Translations under genes and position numbers: made by a program
Shown: positions 37,077 through 51,466 of the stretch, piece by piece
How the letters are laid out: each line of letters starts with the position of its first letter
How positions within the stretch are numbered: position 1 is the first letter of the stretch
Assembly: GCF_006345805.1 (NCBI RefSeq)
Contig: NC_043015.1
Span: 47,864,001-47,928,000 of the forward strand
DNA from: Octopus sinensis
Taxonomy: Eukaryota
Reading direction: 5' to 3'
Length of the DNA: 64,000 nucleotides
Notes under the pieces: generated by a model
What the model saw: the letters and a program-made list of their open reading frames with translations, nothing else
Told to the model about the DNA's origin: nothing
Database searches by the model: none

Positions 37077-38991
37077 TGTGTGTGTATTTGTGATTGTGCC
37101 TGCCTGCCTATCTGTACCTCTCTCTCTCTCTCTCCTTCCCTTCCTCTCTTTCCTTTCTCTCTCTCTCTCTATATATATATTGATATCTCTCTATATTTAT
37201 CTATTTACTTCTATCTATCAATACACACACACACATGTGTGTGTGTTTGTGTAGTTCCTATAGTCAATCTGCAAAGTAGCAGCCAATTCGTTCTGTGAAG
37301 CATAAAGATGCAAATAGATAAAAATTACACAAACATCACAGGTAAGATTACGAAGCAAAAAGGAAACAAACAAACAAATGATACATGGAGTCAGATAAGC
37401 AGAAAAAAACTTAACTGAAAAAGCATAGAAATATAAAGCAAAAAAACAACAACCAAAGATATGTACACCAAAGGAAAAAAACCAAAGAGAATCTAACATT
37501 TAGGGTGGGACTCTTTATGAAAGCGAAGGAAAAGGATTAAGAGAGGCAAGAGATAGAGAAAATTATATGATATAAAATTTACGATGTCTATTTAACAGGC
37601 AGAGCTTAATTTTAGAATTCTTTGACAGTATTTTCTTTGACTTCAAATATAATTGTGTTCATATTTTATGGATGGTTGTGGAAGTTTAAGATAGGGATTT
37701 TTTTTCAATTTTGTTGAGTTGAAAAGACAAGATGCAGAAACAATATACATTTCTGCATTACATGGTCTGAATTATGCAGGATTTAACGATAAATGTCTTT
37801 AAAAAAAATAATCTGATTGCATCATTTTGTTCTGATGGAACAAGTGTAATAATTGTTGAGATTTCAGGAATTAAGATGAGGGGGGTGGTTGAGATTATAA
37901 CTTGCCACAACTTGAGTCATCATTTGCAACCTGTTTCGGATTATTCTATCAAAAATATAAAACTATTAAACCACTTTAAAAATATTTGTTGTTGAAGTGT
38001 ATGGGATCTTTCACCAATCCAATAAAACCAAATGGAACTTTAAAAAATTTCAAGACAACTCAGATTAGGAATCCTAAAGATTGGTAGTCTTAGAACTGAG
38101 ATAGGCTTTTTGCAGCTTTAGATCAGCAGTTGGGAGTTTATAGACTGTTATATACAAAACATGGAAATAGCAGAGAGGAAGAAAGGAGAGGACTATGATA
38201 GATTTAGGTTTCATGACTTAAAGTAATCTAACCTCTAAGATTTAGTTTATTTTACACACTTCATTCATTGTTTAAAATATTCTTCTACTAAAGAAAATAT
38301 CAAAGAATAGTTAGCTGTCTTAGATATTATTCTTCTTTGAAAGATTAAACTATTACAATGGGTGTAAATATCAATATCATCATCATTGTCATTCAACATC
38401 TATTTTTCATGACATCATGGGTTGGAAAGTTTGACAGGCTCCAGCAAGCTGCAGGGCTGCATCAGGCTCCGGTGTCAGCTTTGGCATGGTTTCTATGTCT
38501 GGATGCCCTTCATAATGCCTACCAATTTATAGAGTATACTGAGTAGCATTTTTTGTGACACTGACGCTAGTGAGGTCCAAGTGACTTGCAAGACAAGAAG
38601 AAAACAGAAAGAAGGAAATAGAAAAAGGCCTCGTCAACTAAAACTGGGAGGTGGAGGAGGGCGATGGTTCTGTGCCAGATATTACGAAGCTAAAGTGTAA
38701 TGAAGGGACAAACCCAGGTAGTTTATAATAGAGGAGATGCAAGGCTACCCTGCAGTGTAAAAGGCTGGGTCGGAATAGCTGGTATGAAGATAGAGATGAT
38801 GGTGATGGCATTCAATGTCAGATGTTCTTCAGTCAAGAAATCAAAATCTACCACAAACTGAAAAATTAATGAAAAGGTCAGTCAAGGCTATTAAAAGGCA
38901 TAAAGAGAAAAAGAGGGAAGGGTAGTTGTGGAAGGAAAATAGATGAAAGCATTTTAACATATGGAGTTTATTGAGAATAAGAAGTATCTGA

Positions 38992-39153
38992 GGCATAGGC
39001 AGGGCTGTGTGGTAAGAAGCTTGCTTCGTAACCACATGGTTCCGGATTCAGTCCCACTGTGTGATACCTTAGGCAGATGTCTACAGCATCAGGCCAACCA
39101 AAGCCTTATGAGTGGATTTGGAAGGTGGAAACTGAAAGAAACCCATCATATAT

Positions 39154-39194
<41 letters not shown>

Positions 39195-39365
39195 ATATAT
39201 ATATATATATGAATGATAGGCTTCTTTCAGTTTCCGTCTACCAAATCCACTCACAAGGCTTTGGTCGGCCCGAGGCTATAGCAGAAGACACTTACCCAAG
39301 GTGCCATACAGAGGAACCATGTGGTTGGTAAGCAAGCTTACTTACCCCACAGCCACTCCTGCACC
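38992..39365. repeat. Two SINE A 5' halves in inverted orientation around a TA repeat
   Basis: + copy at about 38992-39150 and - copy at about 39215-39365. Confidence 0.8.
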
Positions 39366-40859
39366 TATATATATATATGTGTGTGTGTGTATGTTTGCAT
39401 GTGTGTGTGTGCGCATATATGTGTTACTGTTTCCCTGTTTTGACTTCATGTGATTGTTGTAAAGAAGTGTCACTGTCTAGCAAGTGGTCTCCTTCAGTTC
39501 CAGTATTCTGTAAAAACATGTTCAGTCATGAGTAAATGTTATTTGATGTGGAGTCGGGCAAGGTTTGGTGACAGGAAGGGCATCCGCTGTAAAAAATCTG
39601 CCTCAGCAAATGTTGACTGACCCATGCAAGGATAGAAAGTGGACATTAAAATGATGACGATGATGATGATGATGATGAACCTTCTTCACTAAATATTTCT
39701 GGATGCAATCGTAAGAAATATGAAACAGCTTTGGTGAGTGACAGAGACCTTTAGTAATGTACCATGCTTAAGAAGTCTTGTCGATCCAAATGAAATCATA
39801 GTTCTGGCCGATGCCGGTGTCACGTAACTGGGATCCATGCCGGTGGCATGTAAGGTGCCCCCTTTACTCTCTTGGAGTAGTTGGCATTAGGAAAGGCATC
39901 CAGCCGAGGAAATCATGCCAAGTCAGATTGGAACCTGATGCAGCTCTCCTCTTTACTAGTTCCAGTCAAACTGTCTAACCCATGCCAGCATGGAAGGCAG
40001 ACACTAAATGATGTAATGAAAATGATGATGATTAATGAATGAGGATATTATAACACTAGAAAATAATTAAGAAACTAGCAGAATTCATGAATTGGTAAAT
40101 ATTGTTAATCCAGATTCTTGGAACCTTGATGAACATGATGTCCCATAGAAAACAGTTTAGGAAACATGAATTCTATAAACAATTTTACCAAAAGGTCCGT
40201 GTTTATTCCGTTTATTCCAGAATTATATTGAAAATATTACCCCAAAATAACACAACCAGATCCCAATAACAGACCAAAAAACAAAAAAATATAATTAATA
40301 CTATTACTCTAATATCTGGCAGAGGTAAAAAGAGGATTTTCAATAATGCTGAACATTATATATTCTCATAAAGGAATCACCTTTAGGTAAAAAGAAAAAT
40401 TATGCTGATTATTTTTGATTGCACTCTTAGATCTCATTAAATTCGTAGAGTTTTATGGTTAAGGAAAGAAAAGCAGTAATGCCTGCAACTGATGAAAATA
40501 TGATAAAAATTTGGTTCAATACAGAAATATTTGCTGTATGATGATAAATGAAAAGTGTCATCATATAGAAATGCCATTGTTAAGTGTTTATTTGACTTTT
40601 CCCTTTTGGCTGTATCTTGTGGTTCCACTTACAAAAAATAATTTCAGAATATAGAAGGAAAAAAAACAAAATCAGAAAGAGATTCTTAATATCACACACG
40701 AAGAATTTAGGATGGTAGAAGTTCCTAAATATTTTGAATTGCAACACTACACATGTGTGTGCATATAATATGTATATGTATGTATGTGTGTGTATACATG
40801 CACATACACACACACTTTTTTCCTCTGTCTTCCCTTCTCTGGATCTTTCCTTCTCCTAT

Positions 40860-40893
40860 GTTTCCGACGAAGAGCTCCGCTCGAAACGTTAAC
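40860..40893 (+). ncRNA. Minimal hammerhead-like motif in a Penelope-like terminus, core U4 replaced by C
   Basis: GTTT-CCGACGA-A-GAGC-TCC-GCTC-GAAA-CGT-T-AAC, with a perfect 4-bp stem II and palindromic AACGTT. Confidence 0.5.
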
Positions 40894-40995
40894 CCTCCTT
40901 CTTTCCTTCTTTCCTGAGCGTCCAATAATACTATATTTGTTCCATGTCCTCGCGTTGTTGTGTTTTTTTTTGTGCTTTCTTGTTTGGATTAACTT

Positions 40996-41073
<78 letters not shown>

Positions 41074-41098
41074 TGCAGTCTAAAGATGGCTTAGATGG

Positions 41099-41198
41099 NN
41101 NNNNNNNNNNNNNNNNNNNNNNNNNNNNNNNNNNNNNNNNNNNNNNNNNNNNNNNNNNNNNNNNNNNNNNNNNNNNNNNNNNNNNNNNNNNNNNNNNN
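41099..41198. other. Assembly gap (100 N)
   Basis: Run of exactly 100 N, next to a GATA repeat. Confidence 0.99.
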
Positions 41199-41757
41199 CC
41201 TGTGCTGTGACAAGTGCTTGCTGATGTCCTGCAGCTTAGTGATTCATGGTACAAAGACCAGTGAAATAAAGCACACTTTTTTTTCCTGCTATGGTTCACA
41301 TCAAGAAAGGAATCAGGCCATTGAATACTGCTTTAAGATGACATCTCGTCCAACCCATGGCCTACATGGAAAAAGCAAACAAAAAACGAACAGTCATACA
41401 ACATAGTCATTATCATCATCATCATCATCGTTGCCATTTTACACACATACATGTGTGTGTGTGTCTGTGTCTGTGTGCACACATTAAGTCTCATACATGT
41501 GTGTTTGTGCTTGTGTGTGTGAAGTAATCATGTCCACAGTGGCCAGGAACAACCGACAACAACATTTACTCGGACTTTTCAACCGATTTCGCCACAAACT
41601 TAAAGTATGTCAATCACACATGCTTTCAGAAATATTTGGGACAAAATGGGCTGAGCTGACCTTAACTGCTATACCTCACTCTGACTACCTGTCTACGCTA
41701 TTATGTGACATACCTGTATAAAATGCCTCATTAACATAAACACAAAGAGGGGTGAAG

Positions 41758-42052
41758 ATATGCTTCTATAAAATACGGATAATGAACCAAAGCCACAAAT
41801 TATTAATATTTAACTGTGACAAGTCTAGTGTATATAATATATTACTAAATCAGACAAGTCAGTTGTACCTGACTTTCATATTCGTATACAAGCTGAGTGC
41901 AATTTCCTTTCTTTCATGTGTGTTGCTATTCTATTGTCTAGGTCATAATTTTCCCATGAATACTATGCATCTATTGTGTGTATTGCTTATGGCCAGAGAC
42001 TTTTGAGGGGAAGCTAAATGCTTGTTTATTATTAGATATGTTTCACTTTTAA
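41758..42052 (+). repeat. Direct repeat of about 295 bp; second copy at 45004-45298
   Basis: Only scattered substitutions separate the copies (...AACCAAAGCCACAAATTATT...GATATGTTTCACTTTTAA). Confidence 0.9.
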
Positions 42053-42077
42053 ATTTGGAAGCATTTAAAAAATTAGG

Positions 42078-42962
42078 CTTAGGAGTGGCTGTGTGGTAAG
42101 TAGCTTGCTTACAAACCACATGGTTCAGGGTTCAGCACCCACTGCGTGGCACCTTGGGCAAGTGTCTTCTACTATAGCCTTGGGCTGACCAAAGCCTTGT
42201 GAGTGGATTTGGTAGATGGAAACTGAAAGAAGCCCATTGTATATATGTTTATATACATATATGTGTGGTGTGTATGTGTGTGTGTGTGTGTGTATATGTT
42301 TGTGTGTCTGTGTTTGTGCCCCCAACATCGCTTGACAACCGATGCTGGTGTGTTTACATCCCTGCAACTTAGTAGTTCACCATAAGAGACCCGTTAGAAT
42401 AAGTACTAGGCTTACAGAGAATAAGTCCTGGGGTCAATTTGCTCAACTAAAGGCGGTGCTCCAGCATGGCCACAGTAAAAGAGTATTCAGTTCTGGTTTT
42501 GGTTGTTGTTAATGATTTTTTTGTCTCTGATTTTTGTTATGTGTGTGTGTGTGTGTGTGTGTTTACATCTCCGTAACTTAGCAGTTCAGCAAAAGTCACC
42601 GATAGAATAAGAACTAGGCTTAAAAAATAAGTCCCGAGGTAAATTTATTCAACTAAAACTCTTCAAGGTGGTGCTCCAGCATAGCCACAGTCAACTGACT
42701 GAAACAAGTAAATGATAAAAGGTATATATATGTATGTATGTGTGTGTATATGTTTCTGTGTGTATGTTTGTCCCCGCAACAACACTTGACAACCGATGCT
42801 GGTGTGTTTATGTCCCTGTAACTTAGCAGTTCAGCAAAAGAGACTGATAGAATAAGTACTAGGCTTACAAAGAATAAATCCTGAGGTCGATTTGCTCGAC
42901 TAAAGGCAGTGCTTCAGCAATGGCCACAGTCAAATGACTGAAACAAATAAAAAGAGTAAAAG
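42078..42962 (+). mobile_element. SINE A cluster: one full copy plus two 3' halves
   Basis: Full copy to about 42478, with 3' halves at about 42540-42720 and 42750-42962. Confidence 0.75.
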
Positions 42963-43473
42963 AATATATACATACTAGCAAAAAGTCAGCCCTCCAGACG
43001 GTTTTCTACTAGCCACTTGATAATATTTTTGCATTTGATTCTCAATTCTAATAATTTTTATGATATTTTACATCGAATCATTTCTTTGTATAATAGTGCT
43101 CACCTGCTTAGTAAATATTGCTTTCATTATTTTATCAGTCATAATCTCCCTTTTTTAAACAAACATCAAGGTAGTCCAACTATGTTTAGTGTGCAAAAAG
43201 GTCATCTTTAGTTTTGACTTGCGTAAATGTCAGTGTTGTTTGTTAATTTTCATAAAAATTTATTTATTTACTTTTGTCTTAAAGTGAAAGAGAGGAGAAA
43301 GTGAAAGAGGTATGTACATGCATATAAAATGGATGTGTGAGAGAGAGGGGGGGAGTGAAAGGGTGTGTTGTCATGTATATGTACATACATAAATATATAT
43401 GCATACATCTTTTTTGCATGTACATGTGCTTGTGTGTGTGACAGAGAGAGAGAGAGAGAGTGATGTCTAAATG

Positions 43474-43508
<35 letters not shown>

Positions 43509-43552
43509 CACACATGCACATATACATACAAAAAAGATGTATGTATATTTAT

Positions 43553-43950
43553 TTGTGGCTGTGTGGTAAGTAGCTTGTTTACCAACCACATGGTTCTGGG
43601 TTCAGTCCCACTGCGTGGCACCTTGGGCAAGTGTCTTCTACTATAGCCTCAGGCCGACCAAAGCCTTGTGAGTGGATCTGGTAGACGGAAACTGAAAGAA
43701 GCCTGTCGTATATATGTGTATATATATATGCGTGTGTGTGTTTGTGTGTTTGTGTTTGTCCCCCTAGCATTGCTTGACAACCGATACTGGTGTGTTTATG
43801 TCCCCGTTACTTAGCGGTTCGGCAAAAGAGACCAATAGAATAAGTACTGGGCTTACAAAAGAATAAGTCCCGGGGTCGAGTTGCTCGATTAAAGGCGGTG
43901 CTCCAGCATGGCCACAGTCAAATGACTGAAACAATTAAAAGAGTAAAAGA
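43553..43950 (+). mobile_element. SINE family A
   Basis: Family A sequence. Confidence 0.8.
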
Positions 43951-45521
43951 GTATGTATACATGACAACACACCTTTTCACTCACTCTCTCTCTCTCTCTC
44001 TCTCACACTCACACACACACACACACACATATACACACATCCATTTCATATACATGTATGTACATTTTCACTTTAAAATGAAAGTAAATAAATAAAACAA
44101 TTTTTATGGAAATTAACAATGACATTTATGCAAGTCAAAATGAAAGGAAGTTCAGAAAATAAATTTTCCTGAAAACTTCAATTTGTAAAAAAATCTGACT
44201 TGCTTAGTAAATATTTCTTTCAAATTTAAACAAACTATGTCTACCATACTAGAAATAGCAGCGATCGCATAGTTATTATTGTAAGGCTTATAGCATTTCA
44301 AACAGCCATACCAACAAAATCATTTTCTAATATTTTTTTTTTTATAATTATTCCAGGATATTAAAAATTTTCATTTTATCAAAAATATTCATTTAACAAA
44401 CTCCAGAAACATTATTCTTGAAATTGTGCCTTGTATCAAAGTTATACAACTATTTCGTCTAATAGTATTCATTCAATAAATGATTTTTTTTACATTACAT
44501 ATATAGAATAAACAGTGGGTTTTGCAAATAGTGAATTAAAACTTGAAATGAAAACATTGAAATGAATATATATTAAATTAGGATTAATAAAAACAGAGAC
44601 AAGAGAGAGAGTGAGAGATTTTTGCAAATGAAAACAGAAAATTTCGCCTGCAACGAATTAATGTTAAACATTAAAATCTACTCCACAGTGAATGCGATGA
44701 ATATTTAAATTTGTGTAAAACTTGTAGTTCAATTATTCAATAAACTTCAGAAATTGAAATAACCGGAAATTTCTTGGAATATAAATTTATTAGAAAATTT
44801 CCAGACAGTCAAGCCTTTAATAATTGCTTTCTTTTAGTAACTGTTACATACCTAATTAATAAGCAGCTTTCTCCATTATAATATAGATAGATAGATAGAT
44901 AGATCTCATGGAGATGATGACAAGTGACTGAGATGATTGGTGATATGCCATGCTTGCGGAGAATCAACAAGCCAAGTGAGATTGTAGTTGTGGCTTTTAT
45001 AAAATATGCTTTTATAAAATACCGATAATAAACCAAAGCCACAAATTATTAATATTTAACTGTGACAAGTCTAGTGTATATAATATATTACTAAATCAGA
45101 CAAGTCAGTTGTACCTGACTTTCATATTCATATACAAACTTAGTGCAATTTCCTTTCTTTCATGTGTGTTGCTATTCCATTGTCTAGGCCATAATTTTCC
45201 CATGAATACTATGCATCTATTGTGTGTATTGTTTATGGCCAGAGACTTTTGAGGGGAAGCTAAATGCTTGTTTATTATTAGATATGTTTCACTTTTAATT
45301 TATGTAATTTATGTAATTTATTTAATTTATGGCTCCCATGCCAGTGGCACGTAAAAAGCACTCATTAAGCTCTTAGAGTGGTTGGTGTTAGAAAGGGCAT
45401 CCAGCCATTGAAACCAGACCAAATCAGATTGGAACCTGATGCAGTTCTTTGGTTTACCAGTTTCAGTCGAACTGTCTAACCCATGCCAGCATGGAAAGCA
45501 GATGCTAAATGATGATATATT

Positions 45522-45574
<53 letters not shown>

Positions 45575-45670
45575 ATATCATCATCATCGTTTAACATCCT
45601 CCTTCCATGTTGGAATGGGTTGGATGGGTTTTGTATCCCTACGTAAATTCTAAAGATATCTTTTTATTTC

Positions 45671-46090
45671 TTATTTCTTTATTGCCCACAAGGGGCTAAA
45701 CATAGAGGGATAAAACAAGGACAGACAAACGGATTAAATTGATTATATCGACCCCAGTGTGTAACTGGTACTTAATTTATCGACCCCGAAAGGATGAAAG
45801 GCAAAATGAACCTCGGGGGAATTTGAACTCAGAACGTAGTGGCCTTCGAAATACCTATTTCTTTACTACCCACAAGGGGGCTAAACACTGAGAGGACAAT
45901 CAAGGACAAACAAATGGATTAAATCGACTATATCGACCCCAGTGCGTAACTGGTACTTAATTTATCGACCCCGAAAGGATGAAAGGCAAAGTTGACTTCA
46001 GCGGAATTTGAACTCAGAACATAATGGCAGAAGAAATACTGCTAAGCATTTCGCCCGGCGTGCTAACGTTTCTGCCAGCTTGCTGCCTTA
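45671..46090 (-). mobile_element. SINE family B dimer
   Basis: Same junction type as the other multimers. Approximate TSD ATATCTT(T/C)TTATTTCT. Confidence 0.8.
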
Positions 46091-46681
46091 GTATATCTTC
46101 TTATTTCTATGAGACCTTTTAACATGTAGTTTTATTAACACCCAACCAGTGCTTGATAGATAGTTCATATAGAAACTGTAAGCAGGCAGCGTGTTTTAAT
46201 TATGTGGAGCATTGGAGATAAATTATTGGTGGAGTACTAAGTACAGTGTTTTGAAGGTGAGACATAGCTGCAATGACATGGGGGGAAGGAAGGCAGGTAA
46301 ATCTGTTGGGTGTGGCTGAAACGATACACAACTTGCTAGTTCAGAGGAGCAGGAACCATTATTATGTTGATAAAAGAAACAGAAGGAAGGCAGAATGTTT
46401 TTGAAACATAGCTGTGATAACGTCTAAAATAGAAGACTTATCTTTATTGCTTAAATTCCAAGCAATTTTTCTTGATTACACTCGATATGTAAGCATAACT
46501 ATAAACATACATTTCTTGTGTACGATCTCACCGAATCCAGTAAAATCTTGTTAGAGTTGTACATATGATAATACATGACCTATGAGGTAATTCACTATTA
46601 ATTTTTATCATATGGACTTTATATTTACCAGTGGCCATGAGTGTGAAATTCTCACATTCTTAAATAAAGTCAAAAGCCCAT

Positions 46682-46699
<18 letters not shown>

Positions 46700-46716
<17 letters not shown>

Positions 46717-46982
46717 GTATGTATATGTATATATATGTATGTATATGTATATACGTATATGTATATATGTATATACGTATATATATGTATGTATATGTAT
46801 ATACGTATATGTATATATGTTATATAACGTAAATGTATATATTTCTATGTATATGTTATATATGTATATACATAATATATATATATCTATATATACAATA
46901 TAAATGTATATATTATATATGTATAGATATATATGATATATATATGATATATATTTGTATTATATATATATATATATATATA

Positions 46983-47034
<52 letters not shown>

Positions 47035-48668
47035 GAGGTAATTCACTATTGGTATTTCACTATGAGGTAATTCACCTATTAATTTTTATCATATGGACTT
47101 TATATTTACCAGTGGCCATGAGTGTGAAATTCTCACATTCTTAAATAAAGTCAAAAGCCCATCACACACAACACACACACATACATATTATAATATAATA
47201 ATTATATATATTATGTATATATGTATATATATGTATGTATAATATGTATATACGTATATGTCTATAGTATAAGACGTAATATATATGTATGTTATGTATC
47301 ATACGTATAACTGTAATATATAGATACTATATATTGTATATATATTATATGTATATGTTTATCATTATTGTATATACTATGTATATCTATATAACATAAA
47401 TGATGTATAATCTATATATGTATATATAGTATATGTATATATATATATATTTGTAGTATCTATATATAGTCTTATGTATATATATATATATGTGTATGTT
47501 ATCTAGTATTATATATATATATATATATAATATAATTATATTGAATATATATATGTTATATATATAATTATGTATATATATATATATATGTATGTAATAA
47601 TATATAATATATATATAAAAATAATAATTATAAATATTTTGTATGGTATATATATATATATATTATATATATTATATATATAATATATATATGTATATAT
47701 GTATATATGATATATATATATATATATATATATATGAATATATGTATATATATTTTTATATATATGTAAGAGATATATGTATATATATATGTATATATAT
47801 ATGTATATATATATGTATATATAGTAGCTATATATGTATAATATAGGTATATATATATGTTATATATTGTATATATAATGTCTATCTATATTTATATCTC
47901 TGTATCTATCTATGTATTCTCTATTCTTGTATATATATATATCTATTATGTAGATATATCTGTATCTCTATGTAATATCTCTGTATCTATATATGTATAT
48001 ATATGTATATCTTAAGTATATATATTGTCATAGGATATATATCTATATAGGTCTCTATATATATGTATCTATATATATGTAATATATATCGTATATGTAT
48101 ATATATATATATCATATGTCTCTATCTATCTATATATGGTATATATATATATTATATATATGTATATATCTATATCTGTATATATATGTATATATATCAT
48201 ATCTGTATATATACTATCTATCTGTATCTCTATCTATCTATAGGTATAATATATGTATATGTATGTATATATATATGTATGTATGTATATATATACATCT
48301 GTATGTAGTCTCTATATATATGTATGTCTGCTATCTCTATCTATATCTATATATATCATAATATATATAATGTCTCATCATCTCATGTATATATATATGT
48401 CTGTATAATATCTACTATGTATGTATATATATAATGTATTGTAATATTATATATGTATATCTTAGATATTTATATATATATATATGTCTATATATAAGTA
48501 TATATATATAATGTATATCTATATATGTATATCTATATATGTATATATATATATGTATATATATATATGTATATATATATATTGTATATATATATATATA
48601 TGTATATGTAATATATATATGTATATATATATATGTATATATATATATGTATATATATATATATAGTG

Positions 48669-48706
<38 letters not shown>

Positions 48707-48840
48707 GTATATGCATTATGTATAATGATATATGTATATATTATATATGTATATATATATATGTATATATATATATATGTTATATATATATGTATATATA
48801 ATGTATGTCTATATATATATGTGTATATATATATATATAT
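46700..48840. repeat. Long degenerate (TA)n low-complexity tract
   Basis: TA repeat with increasing irregularity; includes a second copy of 46580-46700 at about 47030-47180. Confidence 0.9.
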
Positions 48841-51156
48841 ATGTAAAAGGTAAAAGATATGGTTCTAGTTTCTTGGCAAAAATCATCGGTGGTGGTGGCA
48901 GCGACGGCAGAAATAATTCCTCTACCTATTTATTAGACTCTCTGGTTATTGTCTAATCAAGGCAATAAAAACAATACTATACCCCCCCCCCACTGCCCCT
49001 CAGCCTCTGTGGTTCTTTTAAAGGGTTGAATCTGTGCTAAACACCCCTGAAAGCAAAAGCATTTTTTTCTCTACCTACCAAAAATAGCTTAGCAAGGGAC
49101 ATGTCTTCACAGTCCTCAGACAGCTAAACACCAAGCATTGTGTATTTTGCAATAAGTTATATGTATGTATGCTTCATATATATATATATATATATGTGGC
49201 CGTTGCCAGCCTCCACTGGCACCTGTGCCAGTGGTACATAAAAAGCACCCACTACACACACGGAGTGGTTGGCATTAGGAAGGGCATCCAGCTGTAGAAA
49301 CACTGCCAGATCAGATTGGTGTCTGGTGCAGCCTCCTGGCTTCCCTGACCCCGGTCGAACTGTCCAACCCATGCTAGCATGGAAAACGGACATTAAACGA
49401 TGATGATGATGATGATGATGATATATATATATAATGTCTATGTGTATGTATGCAGACATGGCTGTGTGGTTAAGAGTTTGCTTCCCTGCCAAGAGGTTTT
49501 ATGTTCAATCCCACCACATGGCACTTTTGCCAAGTGTTTTCGACTAAAGCCACGTGAGTGCATTTAGTAAGCAGGAACTGAAAGATGCCTATTGTGTGTG
49601 TGTGTGTGTGTGTGTGTTTGTGTGTGTCTTTTTCTTGCTATTACGCAATAATTATAAAGGAGTGCTACCATCATGCAATCACTGTTATTCATGTCCAATC
49701 TTCTGCAGAAACCTGTTTGGTCGTGGGAAAATATTACGTTGCTGGGAAACATAGGAATTAGCAACAGAAAGGGTATCTAACTCTACAAATCGGTCTCAGG
49801 GAATTTTATGTGAGCCTTAGAAATATAGAAAAGTGAACATTAGAACAATGAGGATATATAAAACAATAATACATAAATGTACATATATTTACATACATAC
49901 ATACATACATTACATACATACATGCGTGCATACATAATACATCCATACATACATGCGTGCATACATACATACATACATGCATGCATTCATAATACATACA
50001 TACATGCGTGCATAGATACATTACATACATACATACATACATGCATGCATACATAATACATCCATACATACATGCGTGCATACATACATACATACATACA
50101 TTACATACATACATGTGTGCATACATAATACATCCATACATACATGCGTACATACATACATTACATAGATGTGTACATACATACATACATGTTTATGTGT
50201 TTGTATCATCTTGTGTTTCATTGAATGTAGGCTATTGCGGCAAGTGAATTTTAAGGTTTCTGGGAGGAACTAAAATTGTGCTTGAAGGATTTTGCATGAA
50301 AAAATTGACTATCTTCAGTTCTTCTCATTCAATTTCTTCCACCTGGTGTTGTAAATTCTGTCAAGTGGGTCTAAAAGATAGTCTTTCAAGTTTGTCATCT
50401 TGTTAGCGTTTCTGTATTTGTTGACAATTTCTCTCTTTTTATCTGGTTTCCTTTTGTAATTGTGTTTATTCTTAGGTCCAGATTATGGCTATTTCTGTCC
50501 GGAATTACTTTTTGGGATATAATTCCTGTTCCTTTATATAATGTTGGAATAGAGAGTGAGAGATTCCAATGATGCTACCGGGACATGCACACATGAATGA
50601 TTTTGGCACATGTACTTGCACACTGACAATAATTAACCGTGTGTAGACATGTCTGCATGCCATTAGTGTTTTTGTGTCTGCATGTGCCAAGCATGTTGAT
50701 TACTTTCCCTGATGATATAACATGCACACCTTACAGCAGGTTTCTGTAAAGATTCAATATCTTTCTAACAACAAAGAACTTGTAAATATTTCAACTGAGT
50801 TACCAATGACTGAGATCAAATACAATTGGAATGGTCTGTATCTCAGTATGGAGACAACTGATTGAAAATGTCTAATTGACTTTCATCTTTAATTTATTTC
50901 TTCTATCTAACAAAAGACAGGTGTTGAAAGTTTCTAAAAGGCTTGCTATATTATCTAAATATCCTGGAATTAATCACTTAGAAAACCGTTTAATATACTT
51001 TGTCCCTACAGCTCATTAATATCTGAAATTAATATTATTTCATATCCAATTTTATTTACTCCATAGAAATTTTGATGCGAGAGGTTCTTTTCCTCATTAA
51101 ATCCCATATTTAAAATACCAAACAAATGTGTTTATTTCTGTGTTCTTTCTTTACAG

Positions 51157-51387
51157 GTGGTCCACAAAACCAGATTGTCCCAGTATCAAGTGTAACACAT
51201 GATTTCGCGTATCTAATTGAGAAAAACAAACATCTTGAACTGCAAGTGTCCAATCTTCTGCAAGAATTAGAAGATCTTCGTACGATAAAGCATGTTCCAC
51301 ATGTCCATCAAGCAGGCTATGGAGAATTAAAACTAGATGTTATCCAAAAGTCACAGGATTTAATCAGAGCTAAGGATGCCTTACAAA
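51157..51387 (+). CDS. KAZN: Kazrin-like gene, internal coding exon (phase 1 to phase 1), start of coiled coil
   Basis: Acceptor ttctttctttacAG and donor CAAA|GTAAGA. Encodes (G)GPQNQIVP...IQKSQDLIRAKDALQ, which joins the next exon in frame to give DLIRAKDALQTLKADRKRLK. This matches human kazrin ELARAKEALQAMKADRKRLK as I recall it. Confidence 0.9.
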
Positions 51388-51466
51388 GTAAGATTTTGTC
51401 AAACGAAAACTATTTCATTAAAAGCAGCACAATGCAAAGTATTTTCATCTCTGCTTTACAATTTCA

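Noticed and set aside
46580-48840. Duplicated 120-bp block followed by an irregular TA tract
   Set aside because: The stuttered junction and noisy repeat look like low-accuracy long-read consensus.
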